Positions 59,921-64,000 of a DNA stretch of 64,000 nt are shown here, piece after piece. The notes beneath the pieces are model-generated. The model was given only the letters and a program-made list of their open reading frames with translations, made no database searches and was not told where the DNA came from. The DNA comes from Clostridia bacterium. Lineage in GTDB: Bacteria; Bacillota; Clostridia; JAAYHZ01. How positions within the stretch are numbered: position 1 is the first letter of the stretch; every line of letters starts with the position of its first letter. Where the stretch lies: positions 403,851-467,850 of the forward strand of contig JBMNIH010000003.1 in NCBI GenBank assembly GCA_050950825.1, in the 5' to 3' direction. Made by a program: the position numbers and the translations under genes.

Positions 59921-60589
59921 TCAAAATTCATTGACATAACTTGACTTTACTGCGTTTAAGAAGTCTTCGGGGGCTTTTTCAAATCGCAACTTTTGGTAAG
60001 CCTCTTGATACATAAAATGCTTCAAGTAGGGCAGGCATTCATCCAAATCGTTTTTTCGGTATCCGATAACAGGGTCCGTTAAAAAAGCAAATCCGAAATC
60101 GGAGTAGAGCTTAACGGCCCGAAAGCTAGCCGGCTGCGTATGAAGATAAACCGGATATTCGTCTTCCGGAATGTTTCTCATTACAGCGGAAAGAAGAGCT
60201 CTGCCGATGCCTTGTCCTTCGTATTCTTTTAAAACCTTCAACCAATGAATCGTCGTGATTTTATCGTATGCTTTCCATGCAAAGCACGTTCCTACGGGAG
60301 TATCGTTTTTGTCGCAAGCAAACAGGCACTTCTTGAAAAACAAATCCTTTTTGGTGCCGTAAACCTTGTTAAAAAACTCGGTCATATAGCCCGCATATTC
60401 TTCCGCCGTCTTCTCGTCATCAAAGGGCATTCTTTTCCATAGATCCCATTCGTCCCTTCTGCAAAGCCTCAAACGGTACCCCTTTGGAAGCTCGGAAAGT
60501 GCGTTTTTATTTAAGCTTCTACACATCATAAACAGATTCTTGTCGGGAATGTCTTTTTCCGAAATCATTCTCGTTTTTTCCTTCATCAT
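59921..60589 (-). CDS. GNAT family N-acetyltransferase
   Basis: HWLKVLKEYEGQGIGRALL, YLHTQP, AVKLYSDFGF; ATGA overlap with upstream stop. Confidence 0.88.
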   Translation of the reverse strand: MMKEKTRMISEKDIPDKNLFMMCRSLNKNALSELPKGYRLRLCRRDEWDLWKRMPFDDEKTAEEYAGYMTEFFNKVYGTKKDLFFKKCLFACDKNDTPVGTCFAWKAYDKITTIHWLKVLKEYEGQGIGRALLSAVMRNIPEDEYPVYLHTQPASFRAVKLYSDFGFAFLTDPVIGYRKNDLDECLPYLKHFMYQEAYQKLRFEKAPEDFLNAVKSSYVNEF

Positions 60590-61149
60590 TTTTCTTTTAT
60601 CGGTTTCGAATCTATCGATAAAAAGGGTGCCCATTCTAAACCTAGCTTGTCGGTGTTTTCTTGCCAATAAAGAAGTCGGCGATGGTAATATTCGATTTTT
60701 TCTTTCACCGGTTTATGAAAGTTATCTTTTCCGTATCTTAAGACCAAAGCCGTCAATTCATACAGAGGAAGACCTGCGGCATGCCTTCCGGTATGCACCG
60801 TCGCTCCGGCATGGCCGATTGCATGACACAAGGCACCGTATTCCTTATCCGTAATTTCCTTTGCCACGGCATGACAATCCAAAATCGCTCGTTGTGCCAC
60901 AGGCATTTTGATCTTTCCTCTTGCCCATGCCTCGCAAAGCTCCAAGCAAATGCTCGGCCTACGTTCTTTCGGATACTTTTCTTCAAAACGTGCCAAAGGC
61001 AATCCGGCACAATCCGAGGCCCACATTACAAGGGTTCGCCGGTTTTGTCGCTGCATTAAGCGAATCAAATCCTGCAAGCATTCGCTGTCATGAGAAAACA
61101 AAATCCGGTTTCCTTTTTTTAATTTTATCTCTACGTCCGAGAACATCAT
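60586..61149 (-). CDS. Putative immunity-like (Imm5-like) helical protein
   Basis: LVMWASDCA, RPSICLE, WARGKIK, AIGHAGATVH. Confidence 0.7.
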   Translation of the reverse strand: MMFSDVEIKLKKGNRILFSHDSECLQDLIRLMQRQNRRTLVMWASDCAGLPLARFEEKYPKERRPSICLELCEAWARGKIKMPVAQRAILDCHAVAKEITDKEYGALCHAIGHAGATVHTGRHAAGLPLYELTALVLRYGKDNFHKPVKEKIEYYHRRLLYWQENTDKLGLEWAPFLSIDSKPIKEK

Positions 61150-61192
61150 GCCGTATCGACCGCTTTCCGCCTTTTTATGTCGTCCTACTTTT

Positions 61193-61936
61193 TTACCGCC
61201 CTTGTTGCATAGAAGGTAGGGATATTATACTCATGAAGCCTGCCTTTGCCGTTGGTGTCATGATATATGTCCGTAAGGACAAAGCCTGCCCGTAATTGTC
61301 CTCCGATTTGCTCTTCGACGGTATGCGAAAACTGTATTCCCCAATTTTTTCTACCGATTCTTTATACAGCTCTTCGTCCTTTAAAGGGTTATAGGGGAGC
61401 CTTCGTACAACCGTTTTCTCCTCCTCGTCAAAAGCATAATTGATGCCGTTATCCAAGCCCGCCATAAGAATACCGCCTTTTTTCAATACCCGATAGCATT
61501 CTTTCCAAACGGGATAAACGTCTTCGATATAGCAGTTGGAGACGGGGTGGAATACAAGGTCGAAGGATTCGTCATCAAAGGGAAAGGGCTTGGTCATATC
61601 GCCTTGTACCAAGGTAATCCGGTAGCCTTCTCTTTCGGCAACCTCTTTTTCCTTCAAAAGCTGTTTTTACGAAATATCCATGACCGTGCAAACAGCTCCT
61701 AAGGCGGCGAATACGGGCATTTGCTGACCGCCTCCGGATGCCAATCCCAACACCTTCGCACCCTTCAACTCACAAAACCACGCCTTCGTCACCGGCCTTG
61801 TCGGTGTTAACAACACGTACCAATCGTTATTCTTTGCTTTTTCAAAAATTTCACGGCTTACGGGCTTCCCCCATTCCCATCCCTATTCGACCCATTGGTC
61901 CACAACCTTCGTATTGATTTGTGTATAATCGTTCAT
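61193..61936 (-). pseudogene. Class I SAM methyltransferase with internal stop and frameshifts
   Basis: MNDYTQIN...WVE*GWEWGKP, LGLASGGGQQ, then a shift into QGDMTKPFPF..HPVSNCY..VLKKGG. Confidence 0.8.
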
Positions 61937-61956
61937 AGGAACCTCTTTAAAAGTTT

Positions 61957-62480
61957 CTATTTCTTTTTGCAAATTTCTTTTTCATAGAACCAAATAACGC
62001 TCGATCTTTTGGGAATGGATACGGCAAAGCCTTTTTTAAGCTCGCTTCCTTCCATCGTCATGGATTCCCCGGTCTCACGATTTTCAAAACGGTAAACGGC
62101 CGACTCATCCGCAAAAGGATAAACGGTAATGCCGTTTTCTTCCGCGTGTATGTTCCTTAGAATTTGAATGAAGCCTCTATTGCCCTCCGGATCGTCAAAT
62201 TGCATCGCGTAATAATCCTTCGAGCTTTTTCTGCATTCGGTAAGAGGGTAATAATCCCCCTTTAACATGATTTCCGCCGCGGCACGCCAAATCGGCTCGA
62301 ATTTTTTCGCCAATTCAAATTGTTCTTCGCTGTCGTTGTATACGATCGTGTAGGTTATGGCCGGTGCCAACGCACTATGATACGCAAATTCGTCAACCGG
62401 CTGTTTTCTATGGGGTATATATTCTCCGTTTTCATTATCCCAATTTTCCGTATGGGAGCGAAAATAGGGGATCCATTCGA
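61957..62480 (-). pseudogene. C-terminal fragment of a GH36-like alpha-galactosidase, cut by ISLre2
   Basis: YHSALAPA, GDYYPL, AMQFDDP..RGFIQILR, G.EL..GF; the apparent start MYIDA lies inside the IS end. Confidence 0.6.
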
Positions 62481-62674
62481 TAGCGTCAATATACATTCGG
62501 AAATAAAAAGAGAGAGTTCACCCTTATGATAAGATTAAATCTTGTCTGTATCATATATCATTTCCATCAATTTTTCCACATTTGTTTTTTTAATTGATTA
62601 TTACACATCACCTATTTAAGAATTCATGAAGACAATAGCAAATGCACAAGTAAAGTACTCATTTATTCCACGGT

Positions 62675-62810
62675 TCGCTTTACGACGAGCCTCTGCCGGC
62701 ATGTTTAGTGGCCTCTGCGGCATCTTCCTACAGGGTGAAGCCGGATACGGCTTTGTGTGTTTGATGCCAGGCAGACAAGCCTAACATGCCGTCTACTCAT
62801 CGTAAAGCGA
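62675..62810. repeat. Long nested inverted repeat / rod-like structured element in the IS end
   Basis: Four nested stems: TCGCTTTACGA/TCGTAAAGCGA, CGGCATGTT/AACATGCCG, TCTGC-GGCATC/GATGCC-GCAGA, AAGCCG/CGGCTT. Confidence 0.8.
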
Positions 62811-62868
62811 CTTTCGCGGCATAAAGCCTACCGTCACACGGTTACAAAGTCATAGCGGTTCAAGCTGC

Positions 62869-63999
62869 TTATGCGTCCCAAGCCAGTGTGGTCATATTCT
62901 TTAGCCACTTCATACTGCTCCTTTCCAAACCATGTATGTGACGTCTGGTATCTTCCGCATACGTCCATTTTGAATGTCTTCTTCTCAGATCTCTTATCAA
63001 TTCTTCTTGTGCTTCACGCCTTTCCTTTTGCTTTTTTCGTTGTTTTTGATATTTTAGCAAGTCAAGAATCTTACCGCCGTTTCTTTTGTACGCTCTGAGC
63101 CTTGCCATGCGGTCGCAACCCAATTCGCTCCATCCCATTGGTCTGCTGCTCATTCTTGCCGACAATACATGGCTTATTTGCCCTTCTATGCAATATGTCC
63201 AGCCGCTTGTTTCTTCCACTCGGGTTTTTATCCCTTGCCAATGATTTAGAAAATATCTTAACGCATCTTCCACTTCTTGCTTCTTGTTTTCACTTTCCGT
63301 AACCTTCAGGATCTGCTCATAGATATTCTTCAATTCCTTTTTGTCCAAACGATTCAAGGCTCCCCAAATCCAGTCTTTCACCTCGTCCGCGCTATCGTAA
63401 AGATGCGCCACTGACCTGTTTATATATTTCATCATATGGTATTTATCAAGGACATATTTGCTGTTCTCCAAATATTCGCATCCTTTTTTTATCCACGAAG
63501 CTCCGTCTCCGACTACGTATATTCTCTCAAGATAGTCCGTATCGTATGTTTTTTCTATGTATTCGGCAACCTCCATCCAAAGCTTTTCGTTGCCTTTGCC
63601 ACCCTCGTAAATACCGCAAAAGTATTTTTTTCCGATCAGCTTATATCTGGGATTCTTGGATGCTTCCCCCGATTCATTGATAATATCCTCGAATACACAA
63701 ACAAGCTTAGGCATCAGGGTATTAATCTTATGGCCCCTCGCATCTCGCTTCAAATCGCCCTTTTCATTCCAAAACTGTGCCGCCACATGATCTTCATCGG
63801 CCATGACATGAAGCCTTTTTATCTTCTTCTTTCCTTCCGGTTCCGGCATCGGCATGTCCGCCTCAATCTCATGTACCAGATCCATTACGGCTTGTTTGCT
63901 AATGCCTTCTTCCGCTTTTATGCTCGCATTCTCTCCGCCTTTGCGGTAACTGCTGTCTATACTTTCTTCCAAGGCTCTCGCAGCTGCGCCTAGCGTTAC
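62869..63999 (-). CDS. ISLre2 family transposase (5' part outside the window)
   Basis: ADEDHV, GDGASWI, LDKYH, EGQISHVLSARMSSRPMGWS; frame open to the window edge. Confidence 0.92.
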   Translation of the reverse strand, partial: VTLGAAARALEESIDSSYRKGGENASIKAEEGISKQAVMDLVHEIEADMPMPEPEGKKKIKRLHVMADEDHVAAQFWNEKGDLKRDARGHKINTLMPKLVCVFEDIINESGEASKNPRYKLIGKKYFCGIYEGGKGNEKLWMEVAEYIEKTYDTDYLERIYVVGDGASWIKKGCEYLENSKYVLDKYHMMKYINRSVAHLYDSADEVKDWIWGALNRLDKKELKNIYEQILKVTESENKKQEVEDALRYFLNHWQGIKTRVEETSGWTYCIEGQISHVLSARMSSRPMGWSELGCDRMARLRAYKRNGGKILDLLKYQKQRKKQKERREAQEELIRDLRRRHSKWTYAEDTRRHIHGLERSSMKWLKNMTTLAWDA

Positions 64000-64000
64000 C

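Larger units (their letters stand above)
62481..64000 (-). mobile_element. ISLre2 family insertion sequence (runs off the window)
   Basis: UPF0236-type transposase plus terminal TAGCGTCAA sequence at the break point of the interrupted gene. Confidence 0.75.

Noticed and set aside
1-64000. tRNA, rRNA, CRISPR array, prophage or retron
   Set aside because: No cloverleaf or rRNA-like segment, regularly spaced repeats, or phage or reverse transcriptase genes recognised by eye

Overview
A 64 kb chromosomal window from a low-GC, probably spore-forming Clostridia-type anaerobe, with most genes on the minus strand. In order it carries: a complete rnfCDGEAB operon; an aconitase-X (DUF521/DUF126) pair whose expected catalytic residues appear substituted; a stand-alone eukaryotic-type HisA; and an ABC-F ATPase behind a sigma-A promoter with a uORF/hairpin attenuator-like leader, next to a HelD-like gene. 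Next come a GldA/F/G-DUF4340 ABC cluster, a ThuA/Gfo/URO-D-family sugar cluster with an orphan solute-binding lipoprotein, and the housekeeping run rho-rpmE-DUF1385-prmC-mazG-yabO-yabP-yabQ-divIC. An uncharacterised DeoR-associated catabolic cluster joins a 2-oxoacid/acetoin-dehydrogenase-type complex (E2, E3, fused E1) to an SDR, a PHP protein, an FGGY kinase, an ASRT-family protein and a class II aldolase. An orphan NrdG-like activase follows. From about 52 kb to the end is a decaying accessory region: an Xre-ImmA-PIN module with a broken PIN gene, several pseudogenes, an IS21 element, and an ISLre2 element whose non-coding end holds a ~136-nt rod-like inverted repeat. No rRNA, tRNA or CRISPR array was seen. 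All family calls come from motif recognition by eye, not database searches.
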